A stretch of DNA of 62,609 nucleotides, filler included, from Globobulimina sp. (Eukaryota), in assembly GCA_003354225.1 (NCBI GenBank). It is 29 parts of 29 records of this genome, joined end to end, with 100 filler letters (N's around TTAATTAATTAA, not from the genome) between each part and the next. Parts side by side here need not be neighbours in the genome. Positions count along the whole stretch, not along the records: positions 10,818 to 12,880 come from PIVH01009313.1; positions 12,981 to 15,043 come from PIVH01009314.1; positions 15,144 to 17,206 come from PIVH01009315.1; positions 17,307 to 19,369 come from PIVH01009316.1; positions 19,470 to 21,532 come from PIVH01009317.1; 24 more parts are not named here. One strand, written 5' to 3'. A program made the position numbers and the translations under genes. Of the stretch, positions 10,818 to 21,632 are shown piece by piece. Numbering within the stretch: the first letter of the stretch is position 1; each line of letters opens with the position of its first letter. Under the pieces are notes generated by a model. The model worked only from the letters and a program-made list of their open reading frames with translations, was not told where the DNA came from and did not search any database.

Positions 10818-12722
10818 AGGCGAGATTGGAGGCAGAGAAGAAGCGGCAGGAAGAGTTGGAGAGATTGCGTGAGGAACAAAAGCGTAAAAAAGAGGAAGAA
10901 GAGAAGAAGCGGTTGGAAGCAGAGGCGGCGCAAATGAAATTAGAACGGGAAGAGGCGAGAAAAAGACAGGAACAGAAATCCATCACAATCAAAGCGGAAA
11001 AGAAAGAGGCCGAACGCGAGCAGCATGACAAAAAAAGAGAGAAACGGGAAAAGGGGGTACGGTCCAAGAGAGAGGACAGACGGCGCAAAGAAGAGCGGCG
11101 GAGAGAGAAGGAAGAGGACGCGTACATTGCTAAGAACTTTGCGGAAATGGTGACCGAATCTGACGATTCTGGCTCGGATTCATTTAGCAGCGATTCCGGA
11201 TCTGACCCACCTGTCACTATCAAGGAGCAATTGAAGCAATTTGACAAGATTGCGGCCACTGGGCAGTTATTCTTGAAATATACCGGGAAACGCAGACGAA
11301 AGCCACAGGATAGGATTGTTAAGGTGTCGTTTGATAATAAATATAAACCGAAACAAATATCGTGGGGCTCGGGCTCGCGGCATATTGATTTCAGTGAGAT
11401 ATTGTACATCGCGTGGGGTCATTGGACGCCTGTTAAGTTTGAAACTGATTCTTTTTTTTAGCCTGAAATATTTTTTTTTCACTCAGTTTGAAACTGAAAA
11501 ATTGATATAATGTTTGGAAATATTTCAGTTTGAAACTGAGTGAATTTGAGTTGAAACTATTTTTGTGAAATTAATCTTTTTTTTTTTTGATTGGTTGGAA
11601 TGTGTAGGTATTTGAGGCACGGAAAGACCAATTGGACGCAAAATTGTGTTTTAGTGTGGTTGGAAAGCAGCAGATATTGGATGTGCAGGCGCAGAGTAAG
11701 GAGATGGCGGAATTGTGGGTGAAAGGGTTGCGTAAATTGATAGGACATACGGACGAGAAATCGGATAAATTGTCGAAACAAGCCATGGAAAGTGGCAATT
11801 TGCCCGGTTTTAATAAAAATAAAGATATGTCCGAGTCGAAGAGAGCGGAGAGAGAACATAAGAAAAGAACGAAATCGTTGATGTTACTGCAACAGGATTT
11901 ATTTGTGATGACTACAACCACAGTGTTTCGAAATTTGGAAGAAGAGAGAATATGGGACATTGATCAATCGGTCAGAGAGAGATTTAACGCCAAATCGTTA
12001 TATGAATTAGGTCCGTTTCAATATAAATATGCGCATTTGTTGCAGTTTCAAACTGAAAGAAAATATTGGCACATTTTTGAACTTAATTTCACTTTGAAAC
12101 TGCAAAAATGTGCAATTTTTTTTTGTCAGCATTGCGAGAGGATATACCATGGCGACAATGGAACCATTGGGTTCGAGAGAAGATCGTGACGTATTTACGT
12201 GAAAATAATCGCATTGCGAATCCACAGCAATACGGTGGTGCCGGCGGTGGAGCAGGAGGCGGAGGAGCAGGAGGTGTTGGATATGGTGGTCCGCCGCAGC
12301 CGCAGTATGGCCAGCAAATGATGTACAATCAGCAACAATCGCAGTATGGCAATATGGGCGGACATAGACAGCAATCTTCTTATGGCAATTTGCCGGGCAC
12401 TGGTTACGGGCAGCCACAACCGCCGATGCATCAACAGCAGCAAAGCTATGGACAGCCGCTGCCTCCCATGCACCAACCGAGTCAATATGGGCAAGTCGGA
12501 CAGCCGCCGATGCAAATCCCGCAAAACATGAATATGCCGAAAATGAATACGAGTTGGAATGTGTCACAGCAGCAAACCGGGAATATAAATATGGGCGGAC
12601 AGCAAGCACCGATGCATGGAGGAGGTGGCGCGCCGCCGCAACAAACGCCCGCTGGAGGCGCGGGTGCGGGCGGTGGCGGTGGCGGCGGGAAGCAAGGTGA
12701 TGGCGAATGTTCTTTAATGTAA
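10818..12722 (+). CDS. Coiled-coil + PH-domain protein with Gly/Gln/Pro-rich tail and CaaX box (CSLM); 5' truncated; introns 11432-11607 and 12011-12129
   Basis: PH-like GQLFLKY...CFSVVG...LDVQAQSKEMAELWVKGL; two GT..AG introns restore one reading frame. Confidence 0.85.
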
Positions 12723-12980
12723 AGTATAGCAAAGTTTTTTTTCTAAAAAAAGAAAGGAGGCATGCATTACTTAACAAATATATATATACTTTTTTTTGTG
12801 TTTTCTGTTTTTTTTTTTATGTGGTGAGTTTGATGAATAAATGGTGTGAAGATATAGTTTATGTCGTCTTCAGTTCAGATNNNNNNNNNNNNNNNNNNNN
12901 NNNNNNNNNNNNNNNNNNNNNNNNTTAATTAATTAANNNNNNNNNNNNNNNNNNNNNNNNNNNNNNNNNNNNNNNNNNNN

Positions 12981-13815
12981 AAACACGCTTCGTTTGACAA
13001 TTGTATCATCCATAAAGCAGCTCCAATGCTCATTAATTGCAATTTGGATCTTGAAAAGTTTGCTATCGAGGCATGTTCGGATAATCCCTGTTCCAACCAT
13101 TTATTTGCTACCTCTAGGTTTGCCGTATTATTTTCAATACTTTGTGTGGTTAGGAACAATTTCCATTCATTATCTTCATAATATTCATATTCGCCACACT
13201 CAATATGCTTGATATCAGACACCAAATGTTTATAATTGTTATTGTTATCTATAGCTATCTGATAGGGTCTGCCTGCACCATTGCTGCCGCATTGTTTTAT
13301 ATATTTAATAATCTCCGTTTGAGAATCATTTGTATCGACTTCGAAACAATAATCATAGTATCTATTGTTGCTATGATTTGCGTTGATATCTTGAAATTGC
13401 GGCATTGTTAAACAATAACAAGAGATAGAAATTGAATTTGAAGCAGTTGAATTGAGCGAATATATTATTGATAATTCTTCATTGTACAATGCCATACATT
13501 CATCAATGCAATCTTTGCTATCTGCCACTTTGTTTAGTGTCACGTTACCTATTTAATTGTGTCAGTGGTTTATTATATGAAAACAAAAAGAGGTTATCCC
13601 ATACCACAAACATCCAGTGTTTGAGCAGGATCTATGATCCAATCACATTCTTTCTGGTTTTGTTCAATTATATAATCCGCTGTGAATACAATCCCCATCG
13701 CGATGCAAACAATAACGACGACACTGCCTAACAACACGGCTGCTACTTTATCGGTGCCTGAACATTTACAATTGCATCTCTTATTTACAGGTCTATATGA
13801 ATATGTGTTTGCCAT
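12981..13815 (-). CDS. Membrane-anchored protein with Cys-rich region and ferritin-like domain; intron 13549-13604; 3' truncated
   Basis: N-terminal TM helix; GRPY motif followed by WLEQGLSEHASIANFSR..LQLMSIGA. Confidence 0.7.
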
Positions 13816-13931
13816 TCAGGAATGATTGTCGCTAACGGAAAGTTTTTTTTATGGGATCGACGATTTAACATTTAATATATATTTTGGTTGAAAAAATAAA
13901 AGTCATCTGTTTGTTACAAAATAATTACAAT

Positions 13932-14918
13932 TTACCTTTGCAAACTATTGAAATAGTTTATATACAATGTGTTTTTATATATTGCATTAAATCTAATACT
14001 TTCTACTATGTTATGTGTTTTAATCAATCGATAAATGACTATTAATTCCTGTCGACTCAGTTCCAAACACATTTGTGAATAATGCGGAGATATATCATTG
14101 ATATATTTTACCACAAATTCGTTTCCAATTCCAATAATTGTTTTTGTTCTATTAACAATTGAGGTATATTCAATAACAAAATTACGATCCTGTTTAAATT
14201 TTGAACTTAACCCATCCATACATTCTCTAAGTATGTCCACTGTTGATTGTGGTTTATAAAACATAGCAATTATCATTAACACATCATCATTTATAAAAAC
14301 ATTATATTTATCACCATTTATCCTCATAAAGGATGCAATAATCAGCTCACAATATTGACTAAATGGATGTGGTTCCATTATTATTTGCTTTTCAAATCGC
14401 TGTACGCCAACGTCATATGAACTTAATATGTTTCTAATCTTACAATATTTAGTATTCATACACAACATCGCATCACGAGAGTATGTCATTCGTTGCAGAA
14501 ATTCGTTTGAAATACTAATCATTTCGTCCATAAATTGAGAATCACTCAATTTAGACATTTCTTGCACTTTCAAACGAATTGTTTGTAAATAAGTTTGCAA
14601 ACATTTTAAATATTCATCGTACACTAAATCACCATGTTTGTGGAAAACCAATAAATAAGTAAATAGATAAGGTTTTTCAAAACGTAGTTCACGAGCTCTG
14701 CCAACAAATATTTTGTCCAAACAATCGCTCAAAAGTGCCAGCACTGCTTTAACTTGCGTACTGCTCAAATCTTCACTTTGGAAAATCAGATGATCCATCT
14801 TTACTGCTTCTCTTCTTCGTTTATGAGCCACAGCAGGATCATCACCACTTTCTGCAGACATTTTTCTCTTTTTTGGATTCGAAGACATGATGCTTTTGAG
14901 TGCTTTGTGAACTGACAT
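13932..14918 (-). CDS. Truncated cullin-like protein (Cul3-like N-terminal repeat only)
   Basis: LRFEKPYLFTYLLVFHKHGDLVY...SRDAMLCMNTKY...YDVGVQRF resembles cullin repeat 1; 328 aa with no cullin homology or neddylation domain. Confidence 0.7.
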   Translation of the reverse strand: MSVHKALKSIMSSNPKKRKMSAESGDDPAVAHKRRREAVKMDHLIFQSEDLSSTQVKAVLALLSDCLDKIFVGRARELRFEKPYLFTYLLVFHKHGDLVYDEYLKCLQTYLQTIRLKVQEMSKLSDSQFMDEMISISNEFLQRMTYSRDAMLCMNTKYCKIRNILSSYDVGVQRFEKQIIMEPHPFSQYCELIIASFMRINGDKYNVFINDDVLMIIAMFYKPQSTVDILRECMDGLSSKFKQDRNFVIEYTSIVNRTKTIIGIGNEFVVKYINDISPHYSQMCLELSRQELIVIYRLIKTHNIVESIRFNAIYKNTLYINYFNSLQR

Positions 14919-15224
14919 TTAATTAATTCATCAAAAAACATCTTTTAACAAACCATCTTTTAACAAACAACACAAACAACACAAACTCCGGCCATCGTCA
15001 TCAAACAATACTACTATACAAGTATGGCAATGTGCGATATAAGNNNNNNNNNNNNNNNNNNNNNNNNNNNNNNNNNNNNNNNNNNNNTTAATTAATTAAN
15101 NNNNNNNNNNNNNNNNNNNNNNNNNNNNNNNNNNNNNNNNNNNTTACCAAAACCAGTCCCGTTGTGTCACTTTAACTTGTCTTGTCATTGTTCGTGTACA
15201 TACGCCACTCAGCTGTCACCGAAC

Positions 15225-15429
15225 GAATAGATTTGTACAAAATTCTATGTAAATATCTATGAATAGATTTGTAAAAAATTCTATGTAACTTTTTAAATTT
15301 ACATCCTGTAAACATTTACTACATAACAATTGTCATTATAATAACATTACATGTATTACAATGTAATTTAAATTTACATCCTGTAACATTTACTACATAA
15401 CAATTGTCATTAACATTACATGTATTACA
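15225..15429. repeat. Two pairs of direct repeats (28 bp and about 65 bp)
   Basis: GAATAGATTTGTA(C/A)AAAATTCTATGTAA at 15225 and 15261; TTTAAATTTACATCCTGTAA...CATGTATTACA at 15292 and 15367. Confidence 0.85.
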
Positions 15430-15708
15430 CACTAACTCAGGGTTCAGACAAGTTTGGGATAATCATTTTCCATTCTTTTCACATTGACCAAAAACCGCAA
15501 TTCCAGAGGAAATCAAAAAAGTTACTAAAGATGAATCTGACCGAAGGTCAGAGATTTTGAGAAAATCAACATTTTCCAGCTGTATTCCAGGCTGTGTCTG
15601 AACCCTGCACATATACATTCGAGTGATGTCGACCAAAGTAAATAAGATGCAATTAACGATCATTCATGTGTCTGTATCTCTTCATTATCATCTAAAATAA
15701 TACCATAC

Positions 15709-15813
15709 CGGATAGCATCGGTGGCGCGAATGGCTGCTTTCCGCCTGATGTAACCATGGTCGTGCTGGTACGGAAACTGTCGGATAGCATCGGTGGCGCG
15801 AATGGCTGCTTTC
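15709..15813. repeat. 33-bp perfect direct repeat with 72-bp period
   Basis: CGGATAGCATCGGTGGCGCGAATGGCTGCTTTC at 15709 and 15781. Confidence 0.9.
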
Positions 15814-15887
15814 AGAGTAACTAAACCAGCTAGTTGTCTGGACTTCGACTGAAATGTACAATGGTGGCTTAATTTTATATATCGATG

Positions 15888-16015
15888 TGTGGTGCCAAAA
15901 TGACTCAACTCCAGAAAAATCGCTAAATTTTAAATACAATAGTTATAAGGGTTTGAAAGCGTTTTATAATACAATTTTGAGAAATAAATTGGAGTTGAGT
16001 CATTTTGGCACCACA
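15888..16015. mobile_element. MITE-like element with 26-bp perfect terminal inverted repeats
   Basis: TGTGGTGCCAAAATGACTCAACTCCA 15888-15913 and its reverse complement 15990-16015; flanks extend the symmetry (TATATATCGATG/CATCGATATATA). Confidence 0.55.
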
Positions 16016-17369
16016 ACATCGATATATATATACACGTACCATATTTCTTCAAATAGGACGCACGATATACTGTATAAAAGACAGCGAAAATTTGATTATT
16101 AAATCACTTACCATTCTTTTACAAGATTTCTTATGCTTGAAATGGGATTGCTTCTTTGCAAAGTGTTTATCGAAAGTAGACCACCGAAATGGGTGGATAT
16201 CAAAATGGGCAGTGTGGATGTGACAAGCTAAATTCCATTTACTGATGTTGGTGGTAGTAGAAAAATGCTTTAAACATATGTCACAGGAAATTCCGCAGTT
16301 CGACTGAAATGTAGAATGATATTTTATATTATAGAAAATATTTCCTGCCATGATGCGATAATTATATTTTATAGAAAATATTTTCGAGAAAACGGTTTTC
16401 GAGAAAATATAGGTTTACACAGGTACATACTAAGGTACAGGTGTACAAACATTTACCTAATGTACATACCTGTATATCAGGAAAACACAAACAATACACA
16501 TTTTTGAAATCATTATAATCATATTCATCAGAATTGTTGTATTCGCTATCTAAATGACATTTGACATGATCACTCTTTGACACAATGCGAAGTTCAATAG
16601 CCAAATTCAAACAGAGGCGACAACAGATACTATAAAAGTAAACTTTTGGTATTCTCTTCTTAACATAGGAGTGGTTGGTCGGCAGGCCTGGGAGGGGGTG
16701 GAACTTAGGAGGGCAAGCCGACCGATTGACCATTTTGGGGGCGGGTCATCCGTTACCCAAGCCCCCCAGACCTGTCTCTTATTAATATGTACATTTACCC
16801 CATTTTCTCAACCAAATTAGGAGCAGACATAGCACCACGATGAAATATGTACCATACGTTCCAGTGAATGAGGATATTCTAAAAACAAATTGGCCAGACA
16901 AACTCCAGATCCAAATTTCAAGAATACCGAGACTATCAAGAATTTCAAGATTCGCTATGTTCATTTATTCATTTCATTCTAGATTCATTTTCGCAATGTT
17001 CGAAAAACTGACAATGTTCAATGTTCGAAAAATGACATAATCAAACTGAGTGAAACATAGTAAAATTTATGCTATTTTTTTGACAATTTTATGAATCTTG
17101 ATATTCTTGCTACTTTTAATATCGATACCAGCAATACAATATATTCAAGATAGAAAAAATACCGAGATTTATCAAGAATTTGGCAACTTCTAAATCGCAC
17201 CTCCACNNNNNNNNNNNNNNNNNNNNNNNNNNNNNNNNNNNNNNNNNNNNTTAATTAATTAANNNNNNNNNNNNNNNNNNNNNNNNNNNNNNNNNNNNNN
17301 NNNNNNCACCACATTTGATGCCATGAATAAGACTGTTTTTGTGAACTGGCGATGTGAACTGGCGACAAC

Positions 17370-19190
17370 ATGACACATTATTTACATAAAGTGTTTAATA
17401 CGACAGAAGAACGTGAAATTTATGTATGGATAATTACAGTTTTATCCATTTTATCTGCGATTGTTTCAACATATGGTTTAATAATATTTTGGAAAAAAAG
17501 AAGTCAGCCATTTATTAAAAAAAGGCATCCTGCGCTAGTTTTTGTGTCTTCTATATGTTTCATAGTGATACTTGCGTTGGAAAGACCATTATCTGGTTTT
17601 GTACGTTTATCCATCACAGCATCAGAACCATTACAATGGATACGTTGGATAATACATGTAATATTTAATCAGACTCTCGTTATTTGTATTTTATTTCGAG
17701 TGTATATTACTTGTTTCGATATACATTTTGCAAAAGCTAATGCAGCTCAATTATGGGTAAAATATATTGATATACAAAGCAAACGCAAAAAAACATCATT
17801 TATTGTATCTAAATACAATAAATACGGCAACTTACACAAAATACATCGATATATTATTGGTTTAATTGTATTTGTTACATTGCTTACAATCATTCTAACT
17901 ATAATTCATTCACAATATGGTTTTGTTGCTAATGCCACATTTTTTATTGCATTTACCATTATTGTATGTATAATGTGGTTATATACCCCCGCATATTTGG
18001 ATCATTTTAAGATAAGAGTCGAAATACGTATCGTAGCATCGGTTACAGCTTGTTTAGTTTTCATAAATTTAGCATATTTTATAATATCTATTACCACCGA
18101 CATCTCCTTTAAACAATGGTTCATTATACAATGTTTTGCTGTTTTTTTCTTATCAATTTTATCATTCACACAAACATTTTGGGTATTACATAAATTTAAA
18201 CGTGCAAAAGAAACACAAGAAACTCGAGAGCGAGAGAACAGCGCCAGTGAATTTTCTAGACGTCCCAGCACTGACAATGCTGATGACATACTTGAATTAG
18301 ATATCATTGATATCGTTGCCGAAGATATTGGATTTGAATGCTTTATGAGTCACTTAAATAAGGAGTTTAGTATGGAAAATTTATTAGGTGTCATAGAAAT
18401 GACTCAATATAAATCAAGATATCGTCAGATTCGTTCAATTAAAGAAGATATTAAAAATGGTATTGATCCACAATTAAACAGAGGTTCTATGAGAATTACA
18501 AAGGTTATGCTTAAAGTAATAAAATCATTATCTGTGCAAACCGAACACGCAAAAGAAATAAAACAAATCGATGCTGATATTGAGACTCAGACTGTGGATG
18601 AGATAGATATTGAGACTGAGAGTGTGAATGATATTGATATTGAGACTGTGAATGATATTGATATTGAGAGTGTGAATCAGATTTTACCCACAACAAAGTT
18701 AAAAAAATCCATATCAAAGTTGAAACGTAATGCGACTAAAATAAATATAACTGAACAATTGGTGGAATTACCAGAGAGTATGCCATTTAGTACTATTGTC
18801 TATGGAGAAAAGTATGATGCAGATGATGTAGAAGAAAATATTGAAACAATAAAGAATTTGGATTTAGAAACGGAGGCAAAGCGGATTATCCATGAATTAT
18901 ATTTGAAATATATTTATGTTGGATCTGAAATGGAATTAAATCTGTCCCATAGATTACGGAAACGCTGTTTAGAGAAATTAACTTATATGGATCATATGGA
19001 TGATATTGAGTTGGAACATATGTTCGATAAATCAATTGCCGCGGTGTTGAAGTTGATGCAAGATTCGTACTTAAGGTTTAAAGAAACAAAAGAATTTATT
19101 CGTTATGAAGAAAAAGCCAAAAAAAAGATTAGAAATAATAGTATAATCAAATCGGAAAATCTCGGTGGAATGTTTAGTGATCTTTTGTGA
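17370..19190 (+). CDS. 7TM-RGS protein (seven TM helices plus RGS domain with an insertion)
   Basis: About seven hydrophobic segments; GFECFMSHLNKEFSMENLL and LYLKYIYVGSEMELNLS RGS motifs; short DI(D/E)-type tandem repeats near 18575-18680. Confidence 0.9.
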   Translation: MTHYLHKVFNTTEEREIYVWIITVLSILSAIVSTYGLIIFWKKRSQPFIKKRHPALVFVSSICFIVILALERPLSGFVRLSITASEPLQWIRWIIHVIFNQTLVICILFRVYITCFDIHFAKANAAQLWVKYIDIQSKRKKTSFIVSKYNKYGNLHKIHRYIIGLIVFVTLLTIILTIIHSQYGFVANATFFIAFTIIVCIMWLYTPAYLDHFKIRVEIRIVASVTACLVFINLAYFIISITTDISFKQWFIIQCFAVFFLSILSFTQTFWVLHKFKRAKETQETRERENSASEFSRRPSTDNADDILELDIIDIVAEDIGFECFMSHLNKEFSMENLLGVIEMTQYKSRYRQIRSIKEDIKNGIDPQLNRGSMRITKVMLKVIKSLSVQTEHAKEIKQIDADIETQTVDEIDIETESVNDIDIETVNDIDIESVNQILPTTKLKKSISKLKRNATKINITEQLVELPESMPFSTIVYGEKYDADDVEENIETIKNLDLETEAKRIIHELYLKYIYVGSEMELNLSHRLRKRCLEKLTYMDHMDDIELEHMFDKSIAAVLKLMQDSYLRFKETKEFIRYEEKAKKKIRNNSIIKSENLGGMFSDLL

Positions 19191-19269
19191 GTGTGACTGC
19201 GTGTATAATGTTACTAGTAGAGTTTTTGTTGTTGATTTTAATACCTGCTACAAACTACAATAACTAACC

Positions 19270-19314
19270 ATGTCAATTATGGAATATAATGGCGGTGCCG
19301 TGGTCGCAATGAAA
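19270..19314 (+). CDS. PSMB3: Proteasome subunit beta type-3, first exon
   Basis: MSIMEYNGGAVVAMK followed by a GTAAGT donor; not in the ORF track. Confidence 0.9.
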
Positions 19315-19469
19315 GTAAGTCAATTATACACAGATAAACAATAAAGGAAAACAAAACAAAACATAAAAANNNNNNNNNNNNNNNNNNNNNNNNNNNNNNN
19401 NNNNNNNNNNNNNTTAATTAATTAANNNNNNNNNNNNNNNNNNNNNNNNNNNNNNNNNNNNNNNNNNNN

Positions 19470-20567
19470 TTTTTCCAAATTTGCATTTGTTGCTAATAAT
19501 ATTTCATTGGATTGACATAATTTATCTTTTATATCACTTATTTGTTCATTTAATCGATGTTTATCTTCGGAAAATTGATTTATTTTGCTTTCAAAATCTG
19601 TAATTTTTTCATTTAACATTACCACTTCATTTTGTTTTTTATTTGTCTCCGTTCTTAATTCAATTATAGTTGAACTCCATCTATTTTCTGATTTGTTTAT
19701 ATTCTCTTCTTCTTTTACCTTTTCTTCGAACTCTGATAAATGTTTACGTAAATCTTGATTTTCTGTTTCATATTTTGTACAGACTTCGTTTTCTTTTGCA
19801 ATGTCCATTTCTAATTTTTTGTATTTAAGCTCCCATCCACGAATAATATCTTTAAAATTAAAATTCTCATTTTTTAACGTTGTTAAATCTTCAGATTTTA
19901 ATGTTATACTTTCTTCACATTCAATTAATTGGATTTCTATTTTTTTATGATTTTCTTCATAAATATTTGTTTGTTTTGTGCTATTTGCAACGTCTTTTTT
20001 TAAACATCCTATTATTTCTTTTAATGTATCAATTTCCGTTCTTGATTCAATTCTAAATTCACGATATTTATCAGATGTTGTTTCATATAAACCGTTCTTT
20101 TCTGTTAATTTCTCATTTAATTTTTCAACATTATGCTCTAATTTTAATTTATCCGCTAAATGTGAGTTGTGTGCAGATTCACGTTCTTGTTCATATTTTC
20201 TTACGTTTTCAGACAATTCTTGATTTGATGATGTTTCTCGAGCTAATTCCATTGTTAATTCTTCATTTTTCTTCTTTAAATTTTCTGTTTCTTCCTCTAT
20301 TGTTCTGATTTTTTTCTTAAATTTTGTCCCCAATGCTTTCCCAGCAAACCTTTTCGATGTTTGCTTTTCTTTCATAACTTGCAATTCTAATTCTAAAAAA
20401 TAAATTTGTTGTTGTAAGTTTGTAATATATTCACCTTGAAGATAATTATCATCATCATCCAATACTCCTTTCCCCGCATCTCGATTTGTTGAGCCTGTTT
20501 TTCTTAATCCACCGCGGCGGATATTTGATGTTGTACTTTTTCCGCTTCTGCTTTTTCTGGATTTCAT
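19470..20567 (-). CDS. Long coiled-coil protein, 3' truncated
   Basis: ATG at 20567 (MKSRKSRS); YITNLQQQIYFLELE then extended heptads. Confidence 0.75.
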
Positions 20568-20599
20568 CGTTATATTGAACGAACAGTTTTTTTTAAGCA

Positions 20600-21532
20600 A
20601 TGTCCACACTTAAAACATACACAAATGAATCAAAAACGGTTGATTTGATATCAAAGGAAGATTTACGTCCAACAAGTAATGAGTTCCTGCAGCTATTCTG
20701 CACTGATTCTGATTATGATTTTTTGCAAAAGTTCCACTTAATGTACGATGATGTTCGAGCATTAAGATTGAAAGCATATGATGAAAATACAAGTATTGAG
20801 CACACAATGTTATGTTTATTGAGAATCTCAGAATTACAAACATTTACTATTTCTATTCAATTGCCCATAATATTATTTTTACAGGAAAAACAAAACTATG
20901 TTAACGCATATACCCATTCATTATATTCAATGCAAAACACCAACTTTACACAAAATGAACTAACTGACCCAAACAACCAGGCAAAGGTGAAAATGTTATA
21001 CGAGTGCCACGTCGAAAATTTATATCATGTCACTAAATATGAGCAAGTAATTGAAATTGGATCACAATTTTTGTCCACCTATCCATATATAATCAGTGCT
21101 CGCATATTTCATATGTCGTTTTTTGCAAACGTGAAACTCAAAAATTGGCCAAAAGCATTAGTTGATATCACCAGAACAATTTCAATACATCCGAATAATG
21201 CGACATTTTTCAATCATCGCTGCTTTGTATACTGTGAAATGGGGAACTTTGAGAAAGCATTGGACGATGCAAATAATTGCATCGGAATTGAGCCAGATCA
21301 CCAAATTGGACTAAATAATCGTGGTTCGGTACTGAATGATTTAGCAAGATATGAATTGGCGATTATTGATTTGGATAAAGCAGTCAAAGTAACAGAGGCT
21401 AAAAATGCAAATGCATTTCGACATCGTGCATTCAGTTATTATAAGTTAGGAAAATATGAGGATGCAATAAGTGATATCAATCAAGCGTTGGGCATCGATA
21501 ATCAATATGAGGATGCAAAAAAGTTAAAGAAA
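20600..21532 (+). CDS. TPR-repeat protein, 3' truncated
   Basis: Consecutive TPR units (FFNHRCFVYCEMGNFEKALDD, LNNRGSVL, AFRHRAFSYYKLGKYEDAISD). Confidence 0.9.
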
Positions 21533-21632
21533 NNNNNNNNNNNNNNNNNNNNNNNNNNNNNNNNNNNNNNNNNNNNTTAATTAATTAANNNNNNNNNNNN
21601 NNNNNNNNNNNNNNNNNNNNNNNNNNNNNNNN

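Noticed and set aside
15709-15813. 33-bp repeats with a 39-bp spacer, CRISPR-like dimensions
   Set aside because: Only two copies, no cas genes, eukaryotic repeat-rich context
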